DNA of 64,000 bases from Candidatus Jorgensenbacteria bacterium (lineage in GTDB: Bacteria; Patescibacteriota; Minisyncoccia; UBA6257; GWB1-50-10). The DNA is taken from NCBI GenBank assembly GCA_011050075.1, contig DRGK01000017.1:39838-103837 (forward strand), given 5' to 3'. The translations under genes and the position numbers were made by a program. Numbering within the stretch: position 1 is the first letter of the stretch; every line of letters begins with the position of its first letter. This document shows positions 48,398 to 57,538 of this stretch, piece after piece. A model generated the notes under the pieces. It saw only the letters and a list, made by a program, of their open reading frames with translations. It searched no databases and had not been told where the DNA came from.

Positions 48398-48468
48398 AAG
48401 AATTTGCTGCCATAGAGTAAGATAGGTTATCATTATTAATACAAAGGTAAAATATAATATAAAAATAT

Positions 48469-49128
48469 ATGATAAAAATTAATCAAGAAGGTTTCGCGAA
48501 CATAGCTCTCATTGTTCTCGTTGTTGTGCTTGTCAGCGTAGTAAGTTATTTTGCGTTCGTCAAAAAATTACCTGATGTCATTGAACAGGCAACTACTCCT
48601 ACGTCTTCAGTAAGCAGTGAAACTATGCCATGGATTTCTTACACCTATTCATCCATAGAATCGGGGATTTTACCAAATATAACTTTCAAATATCCCTCTT
48701 TGTTCGGTGATAATCCCACCTTCATTTCATCTCGCAACACGAACCGGCCTGGAAATATCTCTGATGACTGGGGAGGTCTCATGGAATTTAATCCGACAGG
48801 AGCGTTTGAGGATCGCGGTCTCCGGATAGAATTCTTTAAAAGAGCAAACGCCAAGGATAATTTTGAAAGTTACGTGACTGAATCTGCTGCAGCTGGCGAT
48901 TGGACCTCTCCAAAATACTTTCAAACTGATAACTATCGGGTTGCTCGATTGAGACTTGCTTCAGATTCTCACTATGACGCAGATGTGAGCTGGTATTTTA
49001 TAGAACTTCCCAATAAAAGCATCTTGGCAATTTCAACAAGTGGAGATAAAAAATATCTCTTTGATGATGACCAAGATGGAAATTCCACAAGAGATAAGAT
49101 TATCTCGACGCTTACAATCGTTCAATAA
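48469..49128 (+). CDS. Surface protein with pilin-like (class III) N-terminus
   Basis: NQEG|FANIALIVLVVVLV, Ser/Thr linker, W..Y....G...TFKYP domain start. Confidence 0.7.
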   Translation: MIKINQEGFANIALIVLVVVLVSVVSYFAFVKKLPDVIEQATTPTSSVSSETMPWISYTYSSIESGILPNITFKYPSLFGDNPTFISSRNTNRPGNISDDWGGLMEFNPTGAFEDRGLRIEFFKRANAKDNFESYVTESAAAGDWTSPKYFQTDNYRVARLRLASDSHYDADVSWYFIELPNKSILAISTSGDKKYLFDDDQDGNSTRDKIISTLTIVQ

Positions 49129-49177
49129 GGCAACTTGCCGCCAAAGAAAAAACCTGAAATCCGTTTAAATCAGACAT

Positions 49178-49212
49178 AAAAAACCCGCCATCAGTGATAA
49201 ATGGCGGGTTTT
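49178..49212. terminator. Bidirectional terminator
   Basis: AAAAACCCGCCA...TGGCGGGTTTT between convergent genes. Confidence 0.8.
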
Positions 49213-49254
49213 AACGCAGTGTCAGGAGCGTAAGTTCTGGAGGATTCAGAATTT

Positions 49255-51999
49255 CTATCTCTCAAATATCTCGCCTAACCTTCTAATTTCTTCGCCATAC
49301 AAAGCCCAGTCGCCGCGGCGCTGGGCAGACATAGCCCGGTCAAAATGATCTTTTGCTTGTTTAATTAAATCTTGACCGATCGCCGGTCTGCTTGGAACTA
49401 TCGTAGTCGTTCCTTTATCCACTACAATCCGACCACTGAATATTCTTTCTAAAGCCAAATCCAGAGTTTCTTCCATAGCAATACGGTTTTCATAGGCCAC
49501 GATAACCCTCTTAAGTTCTGGAATCTTGCCACCTTCAGCCCGCAGATAAATAGGCTGAACATAAATAAGAGACTCTTCAATTGGAATTACCAAAAGACTT
49601 CCCCTAATCACTTCAGAACCTCTTTGATCCCATAGAGATATCTGTCGGGAAATGTCCGTATCTTGGTTGATGCGGTTGGTAATCTGCTTAGGTCCGAAGA
49701 CCAGTTTTTGCTTAGGGAAACGGTACACTACCAATTGACCGTAGAATTCCCCGTCATTGCGTGCCACCATCCAAGCTGAAAGATTATCTTTTCCGCGAGG
49801 CGTAAACGGGATCATTAAAATAAATTCTTCCTTTTCTTCACCCGGCAGCTTCATAATCATATGCCGCATCATTGGATCGGCCTGTCCTCCACCGGCAATG
49901 ATTGGAATTTGCCACTGATCTTCTTTGTTGTAGAAGATCTGCGCCTCATCCATATGATACACCGTGTAAAGTGCTGTCTGATAAATGAACAAGTCTTCAG
50001 GATATCTAATATGAGTCCTCAAATCCTCGTCCATTTGCTCAAGCGGCAAAAATGAATCCTTAAAAATCTTGGCATACGTTTTAATGATCGGGTCATCTTC
50101 ATCTGCGATATAAAATGTCATTCTGCCGTCATACGCGTCAATCACCACCTTCACTGAATTTCTTATATAGTTGAGGCGCTTGCCCGGTAGAGAACTAAAG
50201 GCGTCTCTCATCTGCTCAGCGTACGGATAACGATCTGAAGTTGTGTAGGCATCATACACCCATTTCAACTCACCATCCTTGGTAACAACCATATATGGAT
50301 CATTATCCAGACTCAAAAAAGGCAGTGCTCGCTTAACTCTCTCCTCAATATTGCGATAATACATTATCCTTGATTCACTTGTTATGTCGTCGGACAAAAG
50401 AATTTTTAATGACTTAAATCTTAATGCAAACAGTGCTTTTCTGAATATTGATTCAATCTGTACACCTCCCTGTCCTTCATAATCTGCAAAGACATTCTTC
50501 TCACCAGACGGATAATTGAATTCTTGTGCTTTGGTATTAACCACGACCCAATCACTCGCCAACTCTCCGTAGTATATTTCAGGCCTACTCACCGAAAGCG
50601 ATTCTATACTGGAGGAAGGCGGCAAGTCTTTCAAAAACAGAACCGGTAAACCTTCTGGCGTTACTTCATTAACTGGACTTAGGGTGAGCCCAAAGCCGTG
50701 CGTAAAGGTCAAGCGCTCGTTAATAAAAGTACGCTGGGGAAGGCTCGCGGTATTAAGCTCTCGGGGAGAAAGTAGAACCTGACGGTAGTCACCGTTTAGG
50801 GTATACCTGTCGTTATCAATGGAAACAAAATCATAGTACGTGCGGATTTCTTGAAGCTGGCCAAATGTGTCAAGTAGGGGTTCGCGGTCCCAGAGCCGTA
50901 CATTTTTAATAGTGGAGCGGTTGCGATTAATATCAGACATGGTGAGCGTACCCTCGCCGGTTATATCACGCTCTATTACCGTATCCAGAGCAAAAGCTTT
51001 TTGCGTGGCTGCAATATTGTGCTCTATATACGGAGTTTCCTTAACCAGTTCATTTGGCGAAACCACGAATTTTTGCAGGAAAAAAGGATACGCCTGGCCA
51101 CCCAAAATAGAAGTTATGACATAAATACCGATACCTAAAACAATAAATCGATTATTCGTTTTAAACATATTCATCACAGTCAGTACAGCTGCGATGATGG
51201 CAACAAAAATAAGTGTCTTCAAGAACGGCAACACAGCATTAATATCGGTAAAATTGGCGCCGGTAAACGGTCCTGTAGAACCATAGAGCAAAGAGGGAAT
51301 TTCTATAGCGTAAATCTTGAAACTTGTTAAAACAAATAGAAAAGCGATGAGTATTGATAGATGGATTTTGGCCGGCTTTTCCATGAATAAAGATTTCATA
51401 ACCGTGCCCGGCACCGGCTGTCTCAAGGTAATAGCGCCCCGCAAAACATAGCTCGCGGCAGTTCCTATAAGAGAAGCAATAATAAGCCAGAACCAAAGCC
51501 CGACCAAAAACTGTATAAACGGTAAATCAAAAAAATAAAAGCCAATATCGCGACCAAAAATTGGATCGAGTATATTAAAAGGTGTCGCGTTAAAATACTT
51601 TAGTACTGTCTCCCAACTGCTCACTCCGAATAGTCCGGTCAAAAATCCTAGCACAAGAGAGATGGGTAAGGTGCCTTTATTAATATATTTTTCCGCGTCT
51701 AATTCTTTAATCTTAATAGTCTCTCCACGTTCGCCTCCACGCACATTGATAGTAAACGGGACTGACGCAACAAGTCGCTTAGCCAACCAAAGATTACCGT
51801 AGATAATAAAAAAAGTCAGAGCACCCACACCTAATCCCAAGAAAATCTTAGAGTACAGTATAGTGGTAAAAATAGTACTAAAACCAACTTCTACAAACCA
51901 GTACCAGTCAGTTAATAGTTGAAAAAAACGTGGTGCAGCAAAAACAAACAGTGCTGCCAAACCGTATATAATATATGAGGTAACACGCTTTTGTATCAT
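49255..51999 (-). CDS. UPF0182-family membrane protein
   Basis: DWYWF..VGF, DPIFG.DI.FY.F.LP, NVRLWD, YIRNSVK, RYPEDLF, GSEVIRG, GDWA.YG. Confidence 0.92.
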   Translation of the reverse strand: MIQKRVTSYIIYGLAALFVFAAPRFFQLLTDWYWFVEVGFSTIFTTILYSKIFLGLGVGALTFFIIYGNLWLAKRLVASVPFTINVRGGERGETIKIKELDAEKYINKGTLPISLVLGFLTGLFGVSSWETVLKYFNATPFNILDPIFGRDIGFYFFDLPFIQFLVGLWFWLIIASLIGTAASYVLRGAITLRQPVPGTVMKSLFMEKPAKIHLSILIAFLFVLTSFKIYAIEIPSLLYGSTGPFTGANFTDINAVLPFLKTLIFVAIIAAVLTVMNMFKTNNRFIVLGIGIYVITSILGGQAYPFFLQKFVVSPNELVKETPYIEHNIAATQKAFALDTVIERDITGEGTLTMSDINRNRSTIKNVRLWDREPLLDTFGQLQEIRTYYDFVSIDNDRYTLNGDYRQVLLSPRELNTASLPQRTFINERLTFTHGFGLTLSPVNEVTPEGLPVLFLKDLPPSSSIESLSVSRPEIYYGELASDWVVVNTKAQEFNYPSGEKNVFADYEGQGGVQIESIFRKALFALRFKSLKILLSDDITSESRIMYYRNIEERVKRALPFLSLDNDPYMVVTKDGELKWVYDAYTTSDRYPYAEQMRDAFSSLPGKRLNYIRNSVKVVIDAYDGRMTFYIADEDDPIIKTYAKIFKDSFLPLEQMDEDLRTHIRYPEDLFIYQTALYTVYHMDEAQIFYNKEDQWQIPIIAGGGQADPMMRHMIMKLPGEEKEEFILMIPFTPRGKDNLSAWMVARNDGEFYGQLVVYRFPKQKLVFGPKQITNRINQDTDISRQISLWDQRGSEVIRGSLLVIPIEESLIYVQPIYLRAEGGKIPELKRVIVAYENRIAMEETLDLALERIFSGRIVVDKGTTTIVPSRPAIGQDLIKQAKDHFDRAMSAQRRGDWALYGEEIRRLGEIFER

Positions 52000-52032
52000 A
52001 TATAGTACTATACCATGTACGTGGCGTATTGC

Positions 52033-52479
52033 TTAATTTGAGCGCACGAGTGAAACGGGCGGCTCAATCAACACCTCTATATCTGTTTGATGAATACCAA
52101 ACTCTTTTGCCAACTGCTTAGAAGGCATCCAGATATCAACGAAGTTCGTCTTCCGCCGATGCATACGATCTTTGACGACAAACACTTTATCACCAAATAA
52201 CTCGGGGATGCGCACCTCGGTGCCAAAGGGCAAAAAGTTCGCGGCGACAATACCATCACGCACCCGTTCACCCGATGCAGTAATGAATGGCGTATCGTCA
52301 GTTTCTTCAGGCGTACTTGAGTATGCCGTTATCCAAATATTGGTAAGCGTACGAGATATATCACTGGAAACCTCTTCTTCTTGTGATTGTTCGTTAGATA
52401 TGGGAGCGTTAGGAGTAGAAAACCCAAACATAAACACCATACTCGCTACCAATACCATATATGCGGTTTTTATATACAT
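52033..52479 (-). CDS. 3D-domain (MltA-like) exported protein
   Basis: TAYSS...TD.TPFITASG, AANFLPFGT, V.DRM, VDIWM. Confidence 0.85.
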   Translation of the reverse strand: MYIKTAYMVLVASMVFMFGFSTPNAPISNEQSQEEEVSSDISRTLTNIWITAYSSTPEETDDTPFITASGERVRDGIVAANFLPFGTEVRIPELFGDKVFVVKDRMHRRKTNFVDIWMPSKQLAKEFGIHQTDIEVLIEPPVSLVRSN

Positions 52480-52564
52480 TAGTTCCAAACAAAAACCCCC
52501 TGACGGGGTATACTTAAGACGCGTTCGTAAAGTATCATATATCTACTCATAAGTCAAGACACAT

Positions 52565-53287
52565 ATGCATATACAAATCATATACGAAAATAAAAACTTT
52601 GCTGTGCTAAATAAACCAGCAGGAATACTTGTACATCAGATACAAATATCCAGTGTAAAACACGTGCCCAACAAAGAAGAGACGGTAGCAGACTGGCTCG
52701 TTGCACGATATCCCGAAGCGAGCAGCGTGGGCGACAAGCCAAGCATACGACCCGGTATTGTACACCGGTTAGACAAAGAAACATCGGGTGTTATGGTTAT
52801 CGCGCGCACGCAGGAATTCTTTGACTACTTTAAAAATTTACTCAAAGAACGGAAGGCGCAGAAAACATACATTGCACTCGTGTGGGGAAAGCTTCCAAAG
52901 CGGGGGCTCATTGATACTCCTATTGGATTGAAGCCGGGTACGATACGTCGAACTACTCGCGGCAAAAAAATGAAAATGGTGAAAGATGCAGTAACTGAGT
53001 ACCATTCGCTTGAATACTTTGAACAAGGTGGTGAAATATTTACACTTGCAGAACTCTTTCCAAAGACAGGCAGAACACATCAACTTCGCGTACACATGGC
53101 GAGTATTCACCATTCGGTGGTAGGGGACGTTATGTACGGTCGAAAAGAGAATCCTTTTAATATAGGACGCCATTTCTTACATGCTAAAACAATCGAGTTT
53201 GGTTTATTAAATAATAAGCTTATGAAATTTGAAGCTCCCATACCGGAAGATTTAAAAAAAATATTGCACTATCTGCAAAATATATAA
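52565..53287 (+). CDS. RluA-family pseudouridine synthase
   Basis: NKPAG, VHRLDKETSG, TGRTHQLRVH, LHA. Confidence 0.92.
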   Translation: MHIQIIYENKNFAVLNKPAGILVHQIQISSVKHVPNKEETVADWLVARYPEASSVGDKPSIRPGIVHRLDKETSGVMVIARTQEFFDYFKNLLKERKAQKTYIALVWGKLPKRGLIDTPIGLKPGTIRRTTRGKKMKMVKDAVTEYHSLEYFEQGGEIFTLAELFPKTGRTHQLRVHMASIHHSVVGDVMYGRKENPFNIGRHFLHAKTIEFGLLNNKLMKFEAPIPEDLKKILHYLQNI

Positions 53288-53443
53288 AGAAAAGCCCCAT
53301 ACATTGTTGATAGAATATTCGAAGCTCACTGGAGAACTCCGCGCTTGCGTGGAGTTTTTCACGTCCTAAGGTTTATTTTCTCTAACCATAGAAAATTTAC
53401 AAAAGCACAAAATATATTTAGAATGAACGAAGGTATTCCTATT

Positions 53444-53527
53444 GCCCAGGTGTCGGAACTGGTAGACGAGCTGGCTTGAGGGGCCAGTGAGCGCAAGCTC
53501 GTGCGGGTTCGACTCCCGCCCTGGGCA
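53444..53527 (+). tRNA. tRNA-Leu(GAG)
   Basis: Acceptor GCCCAGG/CCTGGGC, anticodon arm CTGGC-TTGAGGG-GCCAG, variable arm. Confidence 0.95.
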
Positions 53528-53532
53528 CAACT

Positions 53533-53559
53533 TAAAACACCCCGCAGCGGGGTGTTTTT
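53533..53559. terminator. Bidirectional terminator
   Basis: AAAACACCCCG-CAG-CGGGGTGTTTT. Confidence 0.8.
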
Positions 53560-53563
53560 AAAT

Positions 53564-53890
53564 TTACTTATAAAGCTTGCGAAGCTTTTCTCGAATCCTG
53601 CGTACCGGTAGATCTCTCAAATAATACAGCTTTGAGCGCTTTATACGTTTCGGTACTTCCAAAAACTCTATGCGTTTCAGCATTGGTGAGTGTATGGGAT
53701 ATACTTTTTCAACACCAATATTCTGTATACTGGCACGTACCGTAAAACTCGCACCCGGTTCAGTTCCGTGCTTCCGCGCGATAACGATACCCTCAAACGG
53801 GGTTTCACGTTCCTTTTCTCCGTCCTGTATGCGCTCCCAAACACGTACACGCGCACCCGGTTTTAATTTTCCAATTTCTTCTTTGTTCAT
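53564..53890 (-). CDS. rplS: 50S ribosomal protein L19
   Basis: KER...FEG.VIA, FTVR, GVEK..P.HSP, RSKLYYLR. Confidence 0.95.
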   Translation of the reverse strand: MNKEEIGKLKPGARVRVWERIQDGEKERETPFEGIVIARKHGTEPGASFTVRASIQNIGVEKVYPIHSPMLKRIEFLEVPKRIKRSKLYYLRDLPVRRIREKLRKLYK

Positions 53891-54006
53891 ATCTGTAGGG
53901 TAGGGATAGTATAGAAAAAAACAACAGATTAATCAATATCACTTGTATGCTGTGTCACATTTTCATACAATGATGAAGATCCATAACTTACTTGTTCTTC
54001 TCACTT

Positions 54007-54079
54007 GCCGGTGTAGCTCAGTTGGCAGAGCAGCTGTTTTGTAAACAGCAGGTCGTGGGTTCGAATCCCTCCGCCGGCT
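54007..54079 (+). tRNA. tRNA-Thr(TGT)
   Basis: Anticodon arm GCTGT-TTTGTAA-ACAGC; canonical D and T arms. Confidence 0.95.
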
Positions 54080-54150
54080 CATATACTTCTTTCAAAATTG
54101 ACGGTACACTACAACAACTGTCCATATATACCCACGTATCTCTCTCATTT

Positions 54151-54223
54151 GCCCACGTAGCTCAGTTGGCAGAGCATTTGCATGGTAAGCAAAAGGTCGT
54201 CGGTTCGATTCCGACCGTGGGCT
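54151..54223 (+). tRNA. tRNA-Thr(GGT)
   Basis: Acceptor GCCCACG/CGTGGGC; anticodon arm TTTGC-ATGGTAA-GCAAA. Confidence 0.95.
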
Positions 54224-54265
54224 CACTAATTTTGTATTTCCATGAAAAGTTTGTAAGATAAGGAT

Positions 54266-54436
54266 ATGGCAAAAGGGATATTCACAAAAAACTTAGTAAA
54301 GATGAAATGTGACGGATGCAGCCGCATCAACTACCGTGCGCATAAGAATAAGAAGACGGTAGAGCGCAAGCTGGAACTCAAGAAGTTCTGCAGGTGGTGT
54401 AAAAAGCATACCGTTCACAAAGAAGTCAAAAAGTAG
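54266..54436 (+). CDS. rpmG: 50S ribosomal protein L33, Zn-binding form (absent from ORF track)
   Basis: MAKGIFTKNLVKMKCDGCSRINYRAHKNKKTVERKLELKKFCRWCKKHTVHKEVKK*. Confidence 0.95.
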   Translation: MAKGIFTKNLVKMKCDGCSRINYRAHKNKKTVERKLELKKFCRWCKKHTVHKEVKK

Positions 54437-54446
54437 GCGATATGGT

Positions 54447-54518
54447 GGGGATATGGTGTAACCGGTAGCACGAGAGTCTCCAAAACTCTTAGTCTAGGTT
54501 CGAGTCCTAGTATCCCCG
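54447..54518 (+). tRNA. tRNA-Trp(CCA)
   Basis: Acceptor GGGGATA/TATCCCC; anticodon arm AGAGT-CTCCAAA-ACTCT. Confidence 0.95.
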
Positions 54519-54526
54519 CATCAACT

Positions 54527-55210
54527 ATGCATAAAAATACTGTTGTGTTATCTGTTGGAGGATCACTGATTGCACCCGATGGTGTGAACGTTGATTTTTT
54601 AGAGGAACTTCGTGATTTTATTTTAGAACGTACACGGAATGGTGAACAATTCGTTATTGTGTGCGGTGGTGGGGGAATGGCACGCGCATATCAAAAAGCA
54701 GCACGCGCACTGAAAATATCAGACCAGTCGGAGCTTGACTGGATTGGTATCCATGCAACACGCCTAAACGCATATCTCATAAAAGCTCTCTTTAGTAATG
54801 ACGCATACCCAAACGTCATTACTGACCCGACACAGAAAATTGATTTCAAAGAATCAGTACTCATCGGCGCTGGCTGGAAACCAGGATGGAGCACGGACTA
54901 TATCGCCATACTGTTAGCAGAACAGCTGCACGCAAAACGAGTAATAAATCTTACAAACGTTGACTATGTGTATGATAAGAACCCGAACGAACATACCGAT
55001 GCACAGCCGCTTAAAGAACTCTCATGGAAACAGTTTCAAGAGCTATTCGGAACCGAGTGGCAACCGGGACTGCATGCTCCCTTTGATCCTATCGCCGGAA
55101 CAAAGGCACAAGCGCTCAATATGGAAGTTGCGATCATAAACGGAGCACACCTTGACCGTATAGCAACTTATCTGGACACAAAGACATGTGTCGGCACTCT
55201 AATTCAGTAA
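54527..55210 (+). CDS. pyrH: UMP kinase, archaeal-type
   Basis: VLSVGGS, GGGGMARAY, D.IGI.ATRLNA, PGWSTD, PG..APFDP. Confidence 0.88.
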   Translation: MHKNTVVLSVGGSLIAPDGVNVDFLEELRDFILERTRNGEQFVIVCGGGGMARAYQKAARALKISDQSELDWIGIHATRLNAYLIKALFSNDAYPNVITDPTQKIDFKESVLIGAGWKPGWSTDYIAILLAEQLHAKRVINLTNVDYVYDKNPNEHTDAQPLKELSWKQFQELFGTEWQPGLHAPFDPIAGTKAQALNMEVAIINGAHLDRIATYLDTKTCVGTLIQ

Positions 55211-55234
55211 TCATAGTATGCTATACTAACCTAT

Positions 55235-55600
55235 ATGAAACTGGGGTCACAAAAATCAAAAGAGGGTCGTTTCTGGGCATCGTTGTTTGATTTTTCATTC
55301 AAGCACTTTGTTACCATTCGTATCTTTGTCATTATCTACTGGGCAAATATTATACTCGCTGGCGCACTTGGTGTATTGACGATTATTGGGGGTTTTCGAG
55401 ATTCTACCGGCTTAGGAATCCTCGCAGTCATCGTTGCACCACTTCTCTTCCTGGCATACATTCTATTCCTGCGCATCATACTTGAAGCGATTGCGATGCT
55501 CTTTCATATAGGCGATCATGTAAAAGCTATTGCTGAGCACTTAGAGCCAGGAACGAAACGGATAGAAGAGTACGAAGTATCAGACGTTGAAGACAAATAA
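55235..55600 (+). CDS. DUF4282-like membrane protein
   Basis: LFDFSF..FVT..I...IY, RI.LE....F.I. Confidence 0.75.
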   Translation: MKLGSQKSKEGRFWASLFDFSFKHFVTIRIFVIIYWANIILAGALGVLTIIGGFRDSTGLGILAVIVAPLLFLAYILFLRIILEAIAMLFHIGDHVKAIAEHLEPGTKRIEEYEVSDVEDK

Positions 55601-55624
55601 ATAAAAAGGATAAGGACAAATCTG

Positions 55625-55650
55625 AAAACCGCCTTTGAAGGCGGTTTTCA
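55625..55650. terminator. Bidirectional terminator
   Basis: GAAAACCGCCT-TTGA-AGGCGGTTTTC. Confidence 0.8.
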
Positions 55651-55674
55651 GAATCTAAACAGAAGAAATTTATC

Positions 55675-56463
55675 TTACCTTCTACCGCGACTACGCTCAC
55701 TATTATCATCACATTCACCCAGAGTATCCCCGTGATTGAGGTGAGTGTTCACTGAAGAAGCATTGACTGTTATTGTCTGAGAAGCGGACTGATTTCCGGA
55801 CGGGATATGACAAATAGTAACCGTCTTTCCTCCGTGCGCCACGGTAAGGATTATGTAATCAACCGCGGTGTCGTCCTGCACGTAGACATCAAGAGCATTG
55901 TCTGCGTTCATGAAGGAGATAATATTCGTATCGCCTTGCCCATCAGGAGACAGATTCGCGAGATTCAAATTAAAGGTCTGGTCGCTTCCTCCGATCCACG
56001 GCTGTCCGAATAAGGCGGTAAGCCCTAAACCCCAGGAACTGAAAGCGTCATTGATCCCCGTAAGCTCAAGATGAATGGCGTCGTTTGATACTAAACTACT
56101 GCCACCCGCGAACATACGAATCTCGAGTGTTGCTGCTTGAATGTCTTCGGGCAGGCCGGTAAATGTATGACCAAAGACCCTGTTGACGGCCTTATCGTCA
56201 AACTGTCTGTGAGGGAACAAGGCCCTGTTACCGCCGCCATATGGATCCATCTTAAGCAGAAGGTCGGCACTTGGCGAGGTTGGCTCGAATGGCGGGACAA
56301 AGTTGTCATCTATCCCGGCCGTAAAGACAGTAACGGTTCCAGTGTGCTGTCCTGCCTGCACTGTACTGAAAGCCGCCGCCGACAATACTACTATAAGCAT
56401 TAATCCAACTATGGTAGCTACTCGGTAAGTAGTAGAGAAATCTCTTGTTTTTTGTATATGCAT
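55675..56463 (-). CDS. Secreted beta-sandwich protein with C-terminal ICH..HL.HGD.LG.C module
   Basis: Signal peptide; VYVQDDTAVDY; KTVTICHIPSGN...THLNHGDTLGEC. Confidence 0.75.
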   Translation of the reverse strand: MHIQKTRDFSTTYRVATIVGLMLIVVLSAAAFSTVQAGQHTGTVTVFTAGIDDNFVPPFEPTSPSADLLLKMDPYGGGNRALFPHRQFDDKAVNRVFGHTFTGLPEDIQAATLEIRMFAGGSSLVSNDAIHLELTGINDAFSSWGLGLTALFGQPWIGGSDQTFNLNLANLSPDGQGDTNIISFMNADNALDVYVQDDTAVDYIILTVAHGGKTVTICHIPSGNQSASQTITVNASSVNTHLNHGDTLGECDDNSERSRGRR

Positions 56464-56606
56464 GTTCTTTTAAGTAAAAATGATTATTTATTACTTATCG
56501 ACCTTTGACATAGACCTTATCGCAAATATGATTTGGATGTCAATGGATTAAAAAAATAGCCAAAAAATATAATTCTTGAATTTCTGCTTGCTTGACTTTT
56601 CCTAAC

Positions 56607-56672
56607 TGGTGCCCGGGGTGGGACTCAAACCCATATGAACTTACGTCCACAGCATTTTGAGTGCCGCGCATC
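56607..56672 (-). pseudogene. 5'-truncated, degenerate tRNA-Leu(CAA) remnant
   Basis: CGGCA-CTCAAAA-TGCTG arm, variable arm, mutated T-loop TTTGAGT, CCCGGGC-A-CCA; 5' acceptor strand and most of the D arm are missing. Confidence 0.75.
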
Positions 56673-56751
56673 CGCGCTCTTTTTTGTTGACAAAAACGCA
56701 TCTGCCACTATGCTACCAACAGTACTTTCACAACACATAAAGGAAGATTGT

Positions 56752-57384
56752 ATGGGACGCGTGAAACTTATTCTCTTTGACTGGAATGGTACATTGCTTA
56801 ATGACACGATGGCGGTGACGTGGCCGTCAGTCAAGGCACTCTTCGCTGATTTCAGTATTCCGCCTCCGGATATGTTAACCTTCATGAAAGAGGTTCAGGA
56901 AGCGGACGGTAACTATGTGGTACCCTTACGCTCCCGGGGAGCTGAAGTGTCCACGGAAGAGTTTCGGGAACGGTATGCCGATTATTATACAGAGCGCATG
57001 GAACATGCCCGATTGTTCAATGATGTTATACCAACATTCAATGAACTGGTATCAAAGGATGTACAACTCGGACTGGTAACGGCGCAGAGGTCACATCTCA
57101 TTAATCCGTTCCTGAAAAAATATGGTTTGATGCGGTATTTCTCTTGTCTTGAAACCGAGCAGGTGGACAAAACAGGGGCCATAAACTGGATTGTGGGTAT
57201 GAGTCATTTCCGGGCAGAAGAATGTTGGTATGTGGGAGATCAACCATCCGATGTACGATATGCACAGAAAGCGCAGGTGGTTTCAATCGCTTTATTAACC
57301 GATGGTATAGACGAGCATCTATTTGATGCGACTGAACCCGACTTTATCATACGTAAACTCGGAGAACTAATAGAGCTCATATAA
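56752..57384 (+). CDS. HAD-superfamily hydrolase
   Basis: LILFDWNGTL, GLVT, YVGDQPSD; promoter TTGACA(56687)-N16-TATGCT. Confidence 0.85.
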   Translation: MGRVKLILFDWNGTLLNDTMAVTWPSVKALFADFSIPPPDMLTFMKEVQEADGNYVVPLRSRGAEVSTEEFRERYADYYTERMEHARLFNDVIPTFNELVSKDVQLGLVTAQRSHLINPFLKKYGLMRYFSCLETEQVDKTGAINWIVGMSHFRAEECWYVGDQPSDVRYAQKAQVVSIALLTDGIDEHLFDATEPDFIIRKLGELIELI

Positions 57385-57411
57385 AAAGAGAGGGTTTAAA
57401 ACCCTCTCTTT
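57383..57411 (+). terminator. Intrinsic terminator
   Basis: AAAGAGAGGGTT-TAA-AACCCTCTCTTT. Confidence 0.75.
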
Positions 57412-57445
57412 TCTTTATAGTATGCATATGGCATCATCAAAAAGA

Positions 57446-57529
57446 GCCGAGGTGGCGGAACTGGCAGACGCGCTGGACTCAAAATCCAGTGATGGCAACA
57501 TCGTGAGGGTTCGAGTCCCTCCCTCGGCA
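57446..57529 (+). tRNA. tRNA-Leu(CAA)
   Basis: Acceptor GCCGAGG/CCTCGGC; anticodon arm CTGGA-CTCAAAA-TCCAG. Confidence 0.95.
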
Positions 57530-57538
57530 CACACCATT

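Noticed and set aside
53334-53360. Hairpin GAACTCCGCGCTTGCGTGGAGTTTTTC after the rluA-like gene as a novel element
   Set aside because: Single copy with a T tail; adequately explained as a terminator.
56635-57538. N-terminal extensions of the HAD hydrolase (from 56635) and ParA (from 57422)
   Set aside because: They run through the tRNA remnant and tRNA-Leu; family homology begins at 56752 and 57539.
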